Below the pieces are notes generated by a model. That model was not told where the DNA came from. It ran no database searches and worked only from the letters and a program-made list of their open reading frames with translations. This document shows positions 1 to 11,213 of a stretch of 64,000 nucleotides of DNA, in pieces. Each line of letters opens with the position of its first letter. Positions within the stretch are counted from its first letter, which is position 1. A program made the translations under genes and the position numbers. Location: the NCBI GenBank assembly GCA_035686425.1, contig DASRZL010000098.1, positions 2,761-66,760 of the forward strand, written 5' to 3'. This DNA comes from Thermoleophilia bacterium. GTDB taxonomy: Bacteria > Actinomycetota > Thermoleophilia > UBA2241.

Positions 1-196
1 GGCTTTCACCAGACGTGGGAGCGGCGCAAGCACCGTCTCTGGGACGTGATCGGCGGCAAGCCGCACCTCCCGCTGCCGCATCGCGACGGCCGCCGCGATC
101 GCCACGACCGCGGGCCGCGCGGAGGTTCACACGAGTCGCAGGGGTAGGCGGCCGGCCGGCCGGCGTCAGGTCGGTCCGGCCGGCTCTCCGCTGCCC

Positions 197-1564
197 TCAG
201 GCAGGCGGCCTCGAGGGGCCGTCCGCGCCATCGCCGGGCTCGCGAGCCACCGCAGTCGCGTACGCGCCGAGCGCCAGTTCGTAGACCACCAGCGCCGCGA
301 CGACGGCCAGCGCCGCGACCAGGGAGCCGGTGGTGAAGAGCAGCACGACCAGCGCCACGGCGATGCCGGCGACGCGCAGCAGATCGAGGTGCGTGGCCGT
401 CCAGCGCTTGGCGCGGGTGTCCGGCGCGGAGAGGTCCGCGGCGATGCCGAGCAGTCCGGCGAAGCCGCGGCTCATGGCGTCCAGCCACGCCGGCCTGCCG
501 GCGAGGATGGCGGCGACGGCGACGATCACGCCGGCTACGGCGATCCAGACGAAGAACGGGTGCAGGCTGCCGATCACCGAGCTCACGATCGACTTGGCCA
601 CCGCCGCGCCGTCTTGGGACGTCGCGGCGACGACGGCGGCCTCTTCCGCCTGCCCCTCGATCACCCGGGCGGCCACGACGCCGATCAGGGCGCCGAGGCC
701 GAGCCACAGGGCGGTGCGCCGGCGGCGGACAGACACCAGCAGGGCCGCGCCGATCAGGACGATGGTCAGGACGACCAAGGGGACCGCCAGATCGGTGAGG
801 CGCCCGAGCGTTCGCTTGGCCTCGTAGGCCTGGTTCCCCTCGAGCAGGGTGACGGAGCCGATGTCCGCCGGCAGCTCCCTGCCCAGCGCGTCCTGCAGCA
901 ACGTGTGGATATCGTCGGGGGCGGTGGCCGGGTCGATCGGCGGCAGTGTGACGTCCCGCCCGAGTAGCTGTGGCAGCTTCACTTCGAGTCGCTGCAGCGC
1001 TATGGCGATGATCGGCAGCAGGTTCAGCTTCACGTCGTTGCGGCCAACGGTGACGTTGCGGCTGTCGTCCCGCGGCGCGGCGAGGAGCTGCTCGTGAGCC
1101 AAGCGGTTGCTGTCCGCCCAGAGGCGCTGCGCGAGCTCGGTGCCGAGGAACGTGTCGACCTCCTCGACGAGGAAGCCTTCGGGGTTCGCCGCGGGCAGCG
1201 CGGCGAGGAGCTCGGCGTCCGACGGCAGCGCGTCCGCGATCCGAGCGCTCAGGTCGGTGATCTCGAGCGCCTTGGCGGCAATGTACCTGCTGACGGCATC
1301 GCGGGCTTGTGAGTCCTCGGCTAGGGGGGTAACGGCCGTCACCCACGGGTCGGTATCGAAGACGACGCTGCGGGACCACAGAGCAAGCGCACTCATCAGG
1401 ATGGCGAGCGCGGAGGCGACGACGAGCAAGAGCGCGACCCAGGAGCGGATGCGCGGGGCGCGCTTGGAGTCCAGGACGCGCTTCACCGGCGCCAGGGCGC
1501 GAGCGGCGCCGGCGTCCGCCTCGCCGCGTTCCTCCGGATCCGTGCCCGGCGTCTTCTCTGCCAT
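197..1564 (-). CDS. Hypothetical integral membrane protein
   Basis: Long ORF with an N-terminal TM helix, a soluble domain and several C-terminal hydrophobic helices. Start moved from the ORF-track call to ATG 1564 (MAEKTPG). Confidence 0.75.
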   Translation of the reverse strand: MAEKTPGTDPEERGEADAGAARALAPVKRVLDSKRAPRIRSWVALLLVVASALAILMSALALWSRSVVFDTDPWVTAVTPLAEDSQARDAVSRYIAAKALEITDLSARIADALPSDAELLAALPAANPEGFLVEEVDTFLGTELAQRLWADSNRLAHEQLLAAPRDDSRNVTVGRNDVKLNLLPIIAIALQRLEVKLPQLLGRDVTLPPIDPATAPDDIHTLLQDALGRELPADIGSVTLLEGNQAYEAKRTLGRLTDLAVPLVVLTIVLIGAALLVSVRRRRTALWLGLGALIGVVAARVIEGQAEEAAVVAATSQDGAAVAKSIVSSVIGSLHPFFVWIAVAGVIVAVAAILAGRPAWLDAMSRGFAGLLGIAADLSAPDTRAKRWTATHLDLLRVAGIAVALVVLLFTTGSLVAALAVVAALVVYELALGAYATAVAREPGDGADGPSRPPA

Positions 1565-1871
1565 CAGAACTCTCCCTCGCCGGTGCCCGAGCGCCTGGCC
1601 GCCGGACCCGCGGATTCCCACGCCCCGGCGCGGGCAGGATGCAGGTTGCTGCCGACTGCCTCGTCTGGCGACTCCGGCACACCCGGCGCCGAGACGACGT
1701 TGCCCGTCGTGCCTGGCCCGGGAACCTCACCGCACGCTGTGTCTTGGGCACCGCCGCTCCGGAGTCTGGCATCCGAGACCGCCTCGTGATGCCACACGCG
1801 GCGTCGACGGCCGGCCCCCGCGGACGGCGAACAGCGGCCTCCCGGGATCCGCGGCCGGCGGACCATGCCCC

Positions 1872-3041
1872 TCAGGCGCCGCGGCCCGCCGCGTCCGCGA
1901 TGGCGGCTCCGAGGCGCTTGGCGCCTTCAGCGAGGCTTGCCTCGTCGTAGAGACTGAAGGCCAGCCGCAGGCTGCGGTCGGCGCCGTCGGCGCAGAAGCG
2001 CCGGCCCGGCGCGAAGGCGACGCCGTGCTCTTCCGCCACCGGCAGCAGTCCGGAGGCGTCGAGCCCCGGCGGGAGCGTGATCCAGAGGAAGAATCCGCCG
2101 GCCGGTACGGAGAAATCGCAGCCGGGCGGCAGGTGCTTGCCGAGCGCCGCCGCGAGGGCGTCGCGACGTGAGGCATAGGCGGTGCGCAGGGCGGCTACGT
2201 GGGCGTCGTACCCGCCCGCTTCGAGCACTGCAGCGACCACGTGCGCCGAGAACTGGCTGACGCAGCCGCCGCTCTCCAGGACGCCGGCGCCGGCCAGGCG
2301 TTCGCGCAGGGCGGCCGGCGCGTCGATCCAGCCCAGGCGCAGCCCCGGCGCGAGCGACTTGGAGAACGAGCCGAGCCGCACCACGGGCGCCGCGGGGTCG
2401 AGCGTCCGAAGCGCCGGCGGCGCCTCTCCCTGGTAGACGAGCTCGCGGTAGACGTCGTCCTCCACCACGACGAGGTCGTGGCGCCGCGCGAGTTCAAGGA
2501 GCTGCTCCCGGCGGGTGCTGGAGAGGCTGACGCCCGCTGGGTTGTGGAAGGTCGGGATGGTGTAGAGCAGGCGCGGCCGGCGGCCGGCCGCGCGGGCCTC
2601 GCGCACGGCCACCCCGAGGGCGTCCACGTCGAGACCCTGGTCGTCCAGCGTGACGCCGGCGATCGTGACGGGGTGATCGGCGACGATGCCGAGAGCGAGG
2701 TTGTACGTGGGGCACTCGACGTAGACGACGTCGCCCGGCTTCGTAAGCATCGTCATCGCCTGGTCGAGGGCCTGCGAGTTGCCGCCGGTGACGAGGAGGT
2801 CGCCCGCGGTGACATCGTGCCCCTCGAGCTCGGCGGATCGCTCGGCTATCGCCGCCCGCAGTCGCTCGGGACCTTCGTTGGAGCCATACGCGAGCGCGCC
2901 CGCGCCACCGGCGCCGAGCGCTCGCGCCGCGGCGTCTCGGACGAGCCCGACGGGGAGCAGCGCCGGGTCGGGCTCGCCGAAAGCGAACTCGATGACGCCC
3001 TCGCGGAGGGTGTTCTGGGTGAAGAGGGGTGGCTCGCTCAC
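1872..3041 (-). CDS. PLP-dependent aminotransferase class I/II (LysN/MocR-like catalytic domain)
   Basis: Motifs DDVY and GSFSKSLAPGLRLGW (PLP lysine). GTG start at 3041 has TATCAT 6 nt upstream. Confidence 0.9.
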   Translation of the reverse strand: MSEPPLFTQNTLREGVIEFAFGEPDPALLPVGLVRDAAARALGAGGAGALAYGSNEGPERLRAAIAERSAELEGHDVTAGDLLVTGGNSQALDQAMTMLTKPGDVVYVECPTYNLALGIVADHPVTIAGVTLDDQGLDVDALGVAVREARAAGRRPRLLYTIPTFHNPAGVSLSSTRREQLLELARRHDLVVVEDDVYRELVYQGEAPPALRTLDPAAPVVRLGSFSKSLAPGLRLGWIDAPAALRERLAGAGVLESGGCVSQFSAHVVAAVLEAGGYDAHVAALRTAYASRRDALAAALGKHLPPGCDFSVPAGGFFLWITLPPGLDASGLLPVAEEHGVAFAPGRRFCADGADRSLRLAFSLYDEASLAEGAKRLGAAIADAAGRGA

Positions 3042-3142
3042 GCGGCTATGATACGCGATGTCCCGCGGGATGCCGCGGCCCGAAGCGAACCCCGGCTGGC
3101 GATCGGTCGTCCCTTTCCCTAGACTGGCTCCAGACTCGCCGC

Positions 3143-4672
3143 ATGCTGTTCCCAACCATCACATTCGCCCTCTTCTTCCTGCTGGTCTTCGTCGGGAACT
3201 GGCTGCTCATGCCCCGGCAAGGGGTGTGGAAGCCGTTCATGCTGATCGCCAGCCTGGTGTTCTACGGCTGGTGGGATTGGCGCTTCGTGCTGCTGCTGGC
3301 GCTCAGCGCGGTCGCCAACCAGTTCTTCGCGCTCTGGATCGCGGGGATGCCGCAGCGCGGCTCCGGGCGCAAATGGGCGCTCGCCGTCGCCGTCGCGGCC
3401 AACCTCGGCGTGCTCGGCGTGTTCAAGTACTACGGCTTCTTTGTCACCTCGGTCGCCGACTTCTTGAGCGCGCTCAATCTCAACGCCGACCTGCCGCTCC
3501 TGCGCATCCTGCTGCCGATCGGCATCTCGTTCCTGACCTTCCGCGTGCTCAGCTACGTGATCGACGTGTACCGCGGCACGCTGCGGCCGGCGTCCTTGCT
3601 CGACTTCTCCGTGTACGTCGCCTTCTTCCCGTATCTTGCCGCCGGCCCCATCGCTCGCGCCTCCGAGTTCCTGCCGCAGCTCAGGGGGCCGCGCGACCCC
3701 CGGAACGTGGACACGGCGCGCGCCTTCTTCCTGATCTTCGGCGGCCTGGCGAAGAAGATGCTGATCGCCGACTACCTGGCGACCCACATCGTCAACGGAG
3801 TGTTCACGACGCCCGGGCAGTACTCGTCCCTCGAGGTGCTGGTCGGGATCATCGGCTACTCGGTGCAGATCTACTGCGATTTCAGCGCCTACTCCGACAT
3901 CGCCATCGGTATCTCGCTCCTGCTCGGGTTCGAGTTGCCCGACAACTTCAACGCGCCCTACACCGCCGCGTCCGTACAGGACTTCTGGCGGCGCTGGCAC
4001 ATGACGCTCTCCCGCTGGCTGCGGGACTACCTCTACATCCCGCTGGGTGGTAGCCGCAGGGGCACGACGCGAACGTATGTGAACCTGATGCTCACCATGG
4101 TTCTCGGTGGTCTCTGGCACGGCGCCGGCTGGACGTTCGTGTTCTGGGGCTTCCTGCACGGCGCGGCGCTCGTCATCGAGCACGCCCGCGTGATCCGCAG
4201 CAAGGGCCGCGCCCTGGTGGTGCAGCGCCAGCGCAGGGAGCTCGCGGCGGCCCTCGAGGTCTTGGGCGAGGCCGCGCCGCCGACGGACGATCGCGGCGCG
4301 GCCGGGCCGTCTCTCGAGTACGACCACCGGCCGTGGCACGGCGCTGTGTGGCCGCGCATCGGTGTCTTCGCCTTCGTGACCTTCGCCTGGATCTTCTTCC
4401 GCTCCGACACGTTCGCCGCGGCGGTGAGCGTCATCGCGCGGCTCTTCCAGAGTTGGGGCACAGTGGGCGCGGCCGTCACGCCCGGCGTGGTCCTCGCCAT
4501 CGTCGTGGGCATCGGAGTGCAGTACGTCCCTCGTTCGGTCTGGCAGCGCGGCGAGGCCGGACTTTCGACGCTCAACCCGGCGCTGCAGGGCGTTCTCCTG
4601 GCCGTGGGCCTGATGCTCCTCGACGTCCTCGGTCCCACCGGACCCGCGGCCTTCCTCTACTTCAAGTTCTGA
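3143..4672 (+). CDS. algI: MBOAT family O-acyltransferase (AlgI/PatA-like), copy 1
   Basis: Starts MLFPT; contains LPIGISF, YCDFSAYSDIA, FWRRWHMTLS and GLWHGA; polytopic. Confidence 0.9.
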   Translation: MLFPTITFALFFLLVFVGNWLLMPRQGVWKPFMLIASLVFYGWWDWRFVLLLALSAVANQFFALWIAGMPQRGSGRKWALAVAVAANLGVLGVFKYYGFFVTSVADFLSALNLNADLPLLRILLPIGISFLTFRVLSYVIDVYRGTLRPASLLDFSVYVAFFPYLAAGPIARASEFLPQLRGPRDPRNVDTARAFFLIFGGLAKKMLIADYLATHIVNGVFTTPGQYSSLEVLVGIIGYSVQIYCDFSAYSDIAIGISLLLGFELPDNFNAPYTAASVQDFWRRWHMTLSRWLRDYLYIPLGGSRRGTTRTYVNLMLTMVLGGLWHGAGWTFVFWGFLHGAALVIEHARVIRSKGRALVVQRQRRELAAALEVLGEAAPPTDDRGAAGPSLEYDHRPWHGAVWPRIGVFAFVTFAWIFFRSDTFAAAVSVIARLFQSWGTVGAAVTPGVVLAIVVGIGVQYVPRSVWQRGEAGLSTLNPALQGVLLAVGLMLLDVLGPTGPAAFLYFKF

Positions 4673-5850
4673 TGGCGGACGGACGCACACCGATGGACGA
4701 CCAGCGTGCCGCCGGGCAAGACGAGGCGACGCCCGTGAGCGGCGAATCGACGCCGCGGGATGAGCGCGGCGACGAGGCCCTGCCCTTTGGACGCCGCCGC
4801 CGCACCGCCGCCAGCGCGCTCGTGGCCATGCTGGTCGCCCTGGCGCTGGGCGCGCTGTTCAACGCGCCGGCCATGAAGAAGACCGCGCTCGAACTGCCGT
4901 TCGGCGGCGAGCGCAGCTTCCGGCTCGCCCTCGTCGACCCGCTCGCGACGGTGAGTCACTGGCTGTTCCTCGATCGGCCGGCGAGGCTCACCGCCGACGC
5001 GCTGGGCAGGCCCGACCCCGGCCCGACCGACACACAGGTCGTGGTCATCACCCCGACGCCCGAGCCGACCGAGGGCGGAGACTCGAGCGGCGGCAACGGC
5101 GACAAGCCGAAGAAGACCCTGCAGGAGAAGCCCCTGCCCAGGCCGTTCCAGGGGCACCCGATGCACCTGTACATCGCCGGAGATTCCATGATGGGGCTGC
5201 CGGGGATGGCGCTCACGAATCTCTCCAACAAGACGAAGCTCATCAAGGCGCAGCTCGACTACCACATCTCGTCCGGCCTGGTGCGCCCGGACTTCTTCGA
5301 CTGGCCGGCCCAGCTTCAGGCGAAGGCCAGGTCCTTCGATCCCGGCGCCGTCGCCGTCATGTTCGGCGCCAACGACAACCAGGCGTTGCAGACCTCGTCG
5401 GGCAAGGTCCACCAGTTCGGCAGCGACGGCTGGAAGAAGGAATACCGCAAGCGGGTCGAGGACGTGATCGCGCTGCTGTTCCAGAATGGCGTGCGGCGCG
5501 TGTACTGGATCGGGCAGCCGATCATGCCGGAACCGTCGTTCAACAACCAGATGAAGCTCATGAACGAGATCTACGCCAGCGTGGCCGAAGAGACGTTCGG
5601 CGTCCAGTACATCGACGCCTACAAGCTCCTCTCCAACGGCAGCGGGCAGTTCTCGCAGTACCTGCGCGACACGAACGGCAAGCTGGAGAGGGTCCGCGAG
5701 CAGGACGGCGAGCACCTCACGTACGCCGGCGGCCTGCGCATCGCCGAAGCGGTGATCGCCGCGATCACGAAGGAGTGGCTGTCCGCCAAGAAGGGGGAGG
5801 CCGGCGCGCCGTCGCCGAAGGCGTCGGCGACGGCTTCTCCCGCCCCCTGA
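4672..5850 (+). CDS. SGNH hydrolase / DUF459-like membrane-anchored protein (AlgJ/PatB-like), copy 1
   Basis: ATG overlaps the MBOAT stop (TGATG). N-terminal anchor, GDS nucleophile (IAGDSM), GAND, DGEH. Confidence 0.8.
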   Translation: MADGRTPMDDQRAAGQDEATPVSGESTPRDERGDEALPFGRRRRTAASALVAMLVALALGALFNAPAMKKTALELPFGGERSFRLALVDPLATVSHWLFLDRPARLTADALGRPDPGPTDTQVVVITPTPEPTEGGDSSGGNGDKPKKTLQEKPLPRPFQGHPMHLYIAGDSMMGLPGMALTNLSNKTKLIKAQLDYHISSGLVRPDFFDWPAQLQAKARSFDPGAVAVMFGANDNQALQTSSGKVHQFGSDGWKKEYRKRVEDVIALLFQNGVRRVYWIGQPIMPEPSFNNQMKLMNEIYASVAEETFGVQYIDAYKLLSNGSGQFSQYLRDTNGKLERVREQDGEHLTYAGGLRIAEAVIAAITKEWLSAKKGEAGAPSPKASATASPAP

Positions 5851-5990
5851 CGCCGGGGCTCCGGCCGGCCCGTCCCCGGGCGTGTGGGCCGAGGGAAGGT
5901 CTTCGCCGCCCGCGCGCCCCTGGTGTAGCATCCCCGCGACAGGCGGGGCTGCCCGTGCGGCACTCGCACTCGTGACCGACAGGCGGCAGC

Positions 5991-7430
5991 GTGCTCTTCC
6001 CGACGATCACGTTCGCGATCTTCTTCCTCGTCGTGTACGCGGCCAACTGGCTGCTCATGCCGCGGCTGCGCCTCTGGAAGTGGTTCATCATCGGCGCCAG
6101 CTACGTGTTCTACGGCTGGTGGGACTGGCGCCTGGTACTGCTGCTCATCGGTGCGACGCTCGTGAACCAGACGCTCGGCGTCCAGGTTCACCGGGCGCGC
6201 GGGCGCCGCGGCAGCACGGCCGCCGCCCGTCGCTGGGTCATCCTCGCCGTGGCCGCGAATCTCTGCCTGCTCGGCGTGTTCAAGTACTTCGACTTCTTCG
6301 CCGTGAACCTCAACGACGTGCTCGGCGCCCTGAGTCTCGGCGCGCCGCTCCCGCTGCTTCGCGTCATCCTGCCGGTCGGCATCTCGTTCCTGGTGTTCCG
6401 CATGCTGACCTACGTGATCGACATCTACCGAGGCCAGCTCGCGCCGGCGCCGACTCTCGACTACGCCGTGTACACGGCCTTCTTCCCGTACCTCCTCGCC
6501 GGCCCCATCGCCCGCGCCCGCGAGTTTCTCCCGCAGCTCACCTCGCCGAGAGACCCTCGCGGCGTTGACTCTTCGCGTGCCTTCGCGCTCATCCTCGGGG
6601 GTCTCGTGAAGAAGATGCTGATCGCCGACTACCTCGCGACCCACATCGTCAACGAGCTGTTCGCCTCGCCGCAGACGTACTCGTCCTGGGAGGCCTTCTG
6701 GGGGATCGTCGCCTACTCGGTGCAGATCTACTGCGACTTCAGCGCCTACGCCGACATCGCCATCGGCATCGCGCTGCTCCTCGGGTTCGAGCTGCCGGCC
6801 AACTTCGACGCGCCGTACACCGCGCGGACGATCCAGGACTTCTGGCGCCGCTGGCACATCACCCTCTCCAGCTGGCTGCGCGACTACCTGTACATCCCGC
6901 TCGGCGGCAATCGCAAGGGTCGGGGACGCACGTACGTGAACCTTGTAGGCACCTTCCTGCTCGGCGGCCTGTGGCACGGCGCGGGGTGGACCTTCGTCTT
7001 CTGGGGGCTCATGCACGGCACCGGCCTCGCGCTCGAGCGTGCGCGCGCCGACGCCCGTCACGCCGGAGGCCTGCGCGAGCCGGGGGCGACGGCGGGCGCC
7101 CGGGCGCTGCAGAGGCTGGCGGTGTTCGCCTTCGTCACGGTGGCATGGGTGTTCTTCCGCGCCGAGTCGATGGGCAACGCCTTCGCCGTTCTGTGGCGCC
7201 TCATCGCCGGCCTCGGGTCCATCGGGACGGCGGTGACACTGCCCGTGGTCGGCCTCGTCGCGCTGGGCATCGCCATCCAGTACGTGCCGCGACGGACCAT
7301 CGAGGACCTCGAGGCCGGTTTCAGCCGCGTCGGCTGGGTGGGCCAGGGGCTCGTGCTGGCGCTGGCCCTGTTCCTGATCGACGTGCTCGGCCCGGCCGGG
7401 CCGGCCGAGTTCCTGTACTTCCGATTCTGA
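5991..7430 (+). CDS. algI: MBOAT family O-acyltransferase (AlgI/PatA-like), copy 2
   Basis: Same motif set as copy 1 (YCDFSAYADIA, FWRRWHITLS, GLWHGA). GTG start. Confidence 0.9.
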   Translation: MLFPTITFAIFFLVVYAANWLLMPRLRLWKWFIIGASYVFYGWWDWRLVLLLIGATLVNQTLGVQVHRARGRRGSTAAARRWVILAVAANLCLLGVFKYFDFFAVNLNDVLGALSLGAPLPLLRVILPVGISFLVFRMLTYVIDIYRGQLAPAPTLDYAVYTAFFPYLLAGPIARAREFLPQLTSPRDPRGVDSSRAFALILGGLVKKMLIADYLATHIVNELFASPQTYSSWEAFWGIVAYSVQIYCDFSAYADIAIGIALLLGFELPANFDAPYTARTIQDFWRRWHITLSSWLRDYLYIPLGGNRKGRGRTYVNLVGTFLLGGLWHGAGWTFVFWGLMHGTGLALERARADARHAGGLREPGATAGARALQRLAVFAFVTVAWVFFRAESMGNAFAVLWRLIAGLGSIGTAVTLPVVGLVALGIAIQYVPRRTIEDLEAGFSRVGWVGQGLVLALALFLIDVLGPAGPAEFLYFRF

Positions 7431-7447
7431 GCTGGTGAGTCTGGGCG

Positions 7448-8749
7448 ATGACTGACGACGAACGATACGCAGGGGAGACCGGAGGAGATGATCGGCGACC
7501 CTCCGACGAGGGCGCCGACGACCTCTTCGTCTGGGACGGCCTGCGACCGCCGGCGCCCGGGCGGCGCGACTACGGCGGCGCGCCGGGCGCGGGACGCCGC
7601 GAGGACCGCCCGCGGCGTCCGCGTGACGACTGGCGGCCGCCCGAGCACCCGACGGGCGCCGGCCCGGCGCCGCGTCCGCCGGCTCGCGACGGCGGCTACG
7701 ACGCCTCAGAGGAGTGGGAGGAGTGGCTCGAACCCGAGGGGCCACATGGCCCCAAGACGATCGGGCCGCTGCCGGAGCGCCGCAAGGGACCGCGCCGGCG
7801 CCGGCTCTCGGCCGGCGCGGTGCTGCTCGCCATGCTGCTCGGTTTCTTCCTCGCCGGTCTGCTCGACGCGCGCACCATCCGCAAGGACGTCGAGGGCCGG
7901 CCCTACGGCGCCCTGCGCTCGCTCCAGCTGGCCCTCCTCGCTCCGATGACGGGGCTCAGCGGGTTGCTGCGCGCCGACGACCTCGGGTCAGCCGTCGCCG
8001 GTGCGCTGGGGCGAGGCGAGCAACAGCATCACAAGCTCGCCGAGGTCAAGAAGTCGGAGAAGCCCCTCTGGCCGCGCGCCGTCACGACGAAGAGACCGCT
8101 CCGGTTGTACGTCGCCGGCGACTCCATGAATCAGGTCTTCGGCTCGTCGCTCGTCAACCTGGCGGAGGAGACGACGCTGGTGAAGGGCAAGAACGACTAC
8201 CACGTCTCCAGCGGGCTCAGCCGCCCCGACTTCTACGACTGGCCGCAGCAACTGGTCGACCAGATCGTCGACTTCAGGCCCGACGCGGCCGCCGTCCTCT
8301 TCGGCGCCAACGACGGCCAGGACGTCTCCTACGAGGGCAAGGTGCTCAAGGTCGGCACCAAGGCCTGGCAGGACGTCTACGCCAAGCGCGTCGGGGAGGC
8401 CATGGACATCCTCACCCGGGGCGGCCGACGGGTCTACTGGGTCGGCAACCCGATCATGAAGGACGCCGGCTACCGCGAGCGGATCGCGATGATGAACCGC
8501 ATCTACGCGGCGGAGGCGGAGAAGCGCCCCGGGGTCACCTTCGTCAGCACCTGGGCGGCGCTGGCCGACGAGAAGGGCTCGTACACGGCCTACCTCAAGG
8601 ACGAGAACGGCGACCGGACCTTGATGCGGGCGCCGGACGGCATCCACGTGACGCGCGCGGGCGGCGACCGCATGGCCCAGGTCGTACTCGGCGTGATCAT
8701 GAAGGACTGGGGCATGAACGGCCGGCCGGCACCCACCCCCGGTACCTGA
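7448..8749 (+). CDS. SGNH hydrolase / DUF459-like membrane-anchored protein, copy 2
   Basis: VAGDSM, GANDGQ and DGIH motifs; long low-complexity N-terminus followed by a TM anchor. Confidence 0.8.
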   Translation: MTDDERYAGETGGDDRRPSDEGADDLFVWDGLRPPAPGRRDYGGAPGAGRREDRPRRPRDDWRPPEHPTGAGPAPRPPARDGGYDASEEWEEWLEPEGPHGPKTIGPLPERRKGPRRRRLSAGAVLLAMLLGFFLAGLLDARTIRKDVEGRPYGALRSLQLALLAPMTGLSGLLRADDLGSAVAGALGRGEQQHHKLAEVKKSEKPLWPRAVTTKRPLRLYVAGDSMNQVFGSSLVNLAEETTLVKGKNDYHVSSGLSRPDFYDWPQQLVDQIVDFRPDAAAVLFGANDGQDVSYEGKVLKVGTKAWQDVYAKRVGEAMDILTRGGRRVYWVGNPIMKDAGYRERIAMMNRIYAAEAEKRPGVTFVSTWAALADEKGSYTAYLKDENGDRTLMRAPDGIHVTRAGGDRMAQVVLGVIMKDWGMNGRPAPTPGT

Positions 8750-8820
8750 CCGGCGACGTTCAGCCGCCGAAGCGCGCCGAGAGGTCCTGACCGGGTGTGA
8801 CGGGCGCGCCGACCGTGCTT

Positions 8821-9804
8821 TCAGCCCCCGCTTGAGCCGTCGTCCACCCAGTCGCGGGTCAGCACCAGCCAGAAGGCGAGCCCGGCGTGGTCGCCGTATC
8901 GGCGAAAGCGCCGGACCATCGTGCGGTCGGAGACGAGGCGGCCCTTGGGCCTTCCCAGCAAGCGCGCGTACTTCGGCCGCGTCCACGAGTCGAGGACGAG
9001 GCGCGAGTGGCGGCCCAGGAGAAGCATGACGTGGGCCGCCGCGTACGGCCCGACGCCGGGAAGCTCGAGGAGCCGGCGCTCGACCTCGTCGTCCGGCGAC
9101 TCGTCGCGCTTCGCGGTGAGCAGCGCCTCGAGGTCGACGTCGCCTGCGGCGACCAGCACGGCGATGCCCCGCAGATAGGCGCCGCGGTATCCGGCGCGGG
9201 CGACGCCGGCGTAGAAGTCGTCGCCGGCGGCCGCCATCGCCTCCGGCGTCGGGAAGGTTCGGCCGGCGACGGCCTCGGGCGGCGCTCCCGGGGTCGGCTC
9301 TCCGAGCCGGCCGACCAGGGCGCCGGTCATGCGCTCCGTAGCCGACCAGGCGCAGTTGGTCGTGCAGACCGTCTTGATCACGTCCTCGAAGACCGTCGGA
9401 CTGCGCAGCAGACGTCCGGCGCCCCCGCAGGCCCACGCCAGCGCGGGGTCGTCCGCGCAGGCGGCGTAGAAGCCGCTGAGGTCGTTGTCGAGGCAGAGCA
9501 TGCGGCGCACGGAGGCGGTGATGGCCGCCGCACCCCGTTCGTCCAGCGGCGGTCTCGCGTCGGCCGTCTCGATCTCCACGGAGGATGCGCCGGGGGCGGC
9601 GTCGCCGACCGGCCCTGGTCCGGCTTCTGAGAGGCGGACCGTCCACGGCCCCTCAGCCGTGGCCAGCGTAACGGTCGCCCCGCGACCGTCGCCGTCGACC
9701 ACCATCGGTGGCAGGTCGGCCACGCCGTGTGACAGCAGGGTGCGCCGGAGGTCGACGGGCTCGCCGCCGGCGCCGCGAAGCTCGATCGTCGCGACGCGGG
9801 TCAT
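8821..9804 (-). CDS. HhH-GPD base-excision DNA glycosylase (AlkA/OGG-like)
   Basis: HhH motif LPGVGPYAA plus a downstream Asp (LVLDSW). ATG 9804 overlaps the EamA stop. Confidence 0.8.
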   Translation of the reverse strand: MTRVATIELRGAGGEPVDLRRTLLSHGVADLPPMVVDGDGRGATVTLATAEGPWTVRLSEAGPGPVGDAAPGASSVEIETADARPPLDERGAAAITASVRRMLCLDNDLSGFYAACADDPALAWACGGAGRLLRSPTVFEDVIKTVCTTNCAWSATERMTGALVGRLGEPTPGAPPEAVAGRTFPTPEAMAAAGDDFYAGVARAGYRGAYLRGIAVLVAAGDVDLEALLTAKRDESPDDEVERRLLELPGVGPYAAAHVMLLLGRHSRLVLDSWTRPKYARLLGRPKGRLVSDRTMVRRFRRYGDHAGLAFWLVLTRDWVDDGSSGG

Positions 9805-10781
9805 CCGGTGGCGATGAGGGCGATGCCGGTGAGCGTCGCCGCCGCGCCGGCCAGCTGGTGAGGAGCGATCCGCTCGCGCAACACCCCGAAGGCGAGGAGA
9901 ACCGTGACGACGGGATAGAGCGAGCCGAGCACGGCGACGAGGCTGAGGTAGCCTTGGGTCGTCGCCAGCGCGAAGAGCCCGTTGGCGCCCGTGTCGAGGA
10001 TCCCGACGGCCATGATGAAGGGCAGGGCGGAGCGTTCCACCTTGACATGCGGCCGGAGCGCGAAGAACAGCATCGCGAAGATCGTGGCCGAGGAGAAACG
10101 CCCCGCCAGCATGGCCCACAGCGGATCGTAGCGGGCCGTCGCGTCGTAGCCGATGAGGACCAGCCCCATGCAGACCGCCGCGGTCAGGGCGAGGATGACG
10201 GCAAGCCTCTGGTCCCGGCGCGCGGGACGCGGGGCATGGCCGGACAGCGCGGGATAGGCCGGCAGGCCGGCCCCTCCCGCGCTCTCTGCCGCGCCGAAGA
10301 GAGTCGCCGCGCCCGCCGGCTCTACCGCCGGTTCTCCGGGGAGCGCCGCTGCCCCGATCGTCTCGCCGCTGCGCGCCGGTTCGATCGCGACGAGGATCAC
10401 GCCCAGGGCGGCCAGGACGACGCCGGCCAGCTGCATGGTCGTCGGCCGCTCGCCGGTGGCGATGCCGGCGGCGAAGGGGATCATCGCGTTCATGGCGCTG
10501 ATCGGCGCGACGATGCTCATCGTGCCGATCGCGAGCGCCTTGTAGAAGAGGGAGATCGCGACGACGCTGGCGAAACCGCCGAGCATCACCGGCCACACGG
10601 CGTGCAGGCCCGGCCAGCTGTGGCCGGTCCCGAACGTCACCAGCGCCGCCCCCGCGAGGCCCACGGCCTGGCTCCCGATGATGACCGCCCACAGGCTCGC
10701 GCGCCGGGTGCTGAGGCCGCCGAGGAAGTCGCCGGATCCCCAGCAGATGGACGCGCCGAGGGCAAGGGCGATGCCGAGCAT
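9801..10781 (-). CDS. EamA/DMT family transporter
   Basis: About 10 TM helices in two repeats; motifs WGSGDF and [16 protein letters not shown]. Confidence 0.9.
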   Translation of the reverse strand: MLGIALALGASICWGSGDFLGGLSTRRASLWAVIIGSQAVGLAGAALVTFGTGHSWPGLHAVWPVMLGGFASVVAISLFYKALAIGTMSIVAPISAMNAMIPFAAGIATGERPTTMQLAGVVLAALGVILVAIEPARSGETIGAAALPGEPAVEPAGAATLFGAAESAGGAGLPAYPALSGHAPRPARRDQRLAVILALTAAVCMGLVLIGYDATARYDPLWAMLAGRFSSATIFAMLFFALRPHVKVERSALPFIMAVGILDTGANGLFALATTQGYLSLVAVLGSLYPVVTVLLAFGVLRERIAPHQLAGAAATLTGIALIATG

Positions 10782-10853
10782 GGCCAGAGGCTATCACGGC
10801 GCGGTGATACGCTTGCTGAGGCGCCGCCCGGCGCCCGCGACCGGAGCAGAACC

Positions 10854-11213
10854 GTGCCCGAAGCCATCGACATCCCCGAGAGCGACGAGGCTCTCCTCGC
10901 CGAGTGCGAGGTGCAGACCTTCCGCGCCGGAGGCCCGGGCGGCCAGCACCAGAACGTCACCGACAGCGCCGTGCGGCTGAAGCACCTGCCGACCGGGCTC
11001 ACGGTCACGTGCCGGGCGCAGAGGAGCCAGTACCTCAACAAGATGGATGCGCTGCGTCGCCTGCGGCTCAAGCTCAAGAAGCTGAACGAGCCGCCGCCTC
11101 CGCCGCGCCGGCCGACCAGGCCGTCACGCGCGGCCAAGGAGCGGCGGCTCGCCGAGAAGTCACGCCGGGGCGCCGCCAAGCGCCTGCGGCGCCCCCCCAC
11201 CGCCGACGAATAG
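10854..11213 (+). CDS. arfB: Alternative ribosome-rescue peptidyl-tRNA hydrolase ArfB (YaeJ)
   Basis: GGPGGQHQN (GGQ motif) and a basic C-terminal tail [18 protein letters not shown] start at 10854. Confidence 0.8.
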   Translation: MPEAIDIPESDEALLAECEVQTFRAGGPGGQHQNVTDSAVRLKHLPTGLTVTCRAQRSQYLNKMDALRRLRLKLKKLNEPPPPPRRPTRPSRAAKERRLAEKSRRGAAKRLRRPPTADE

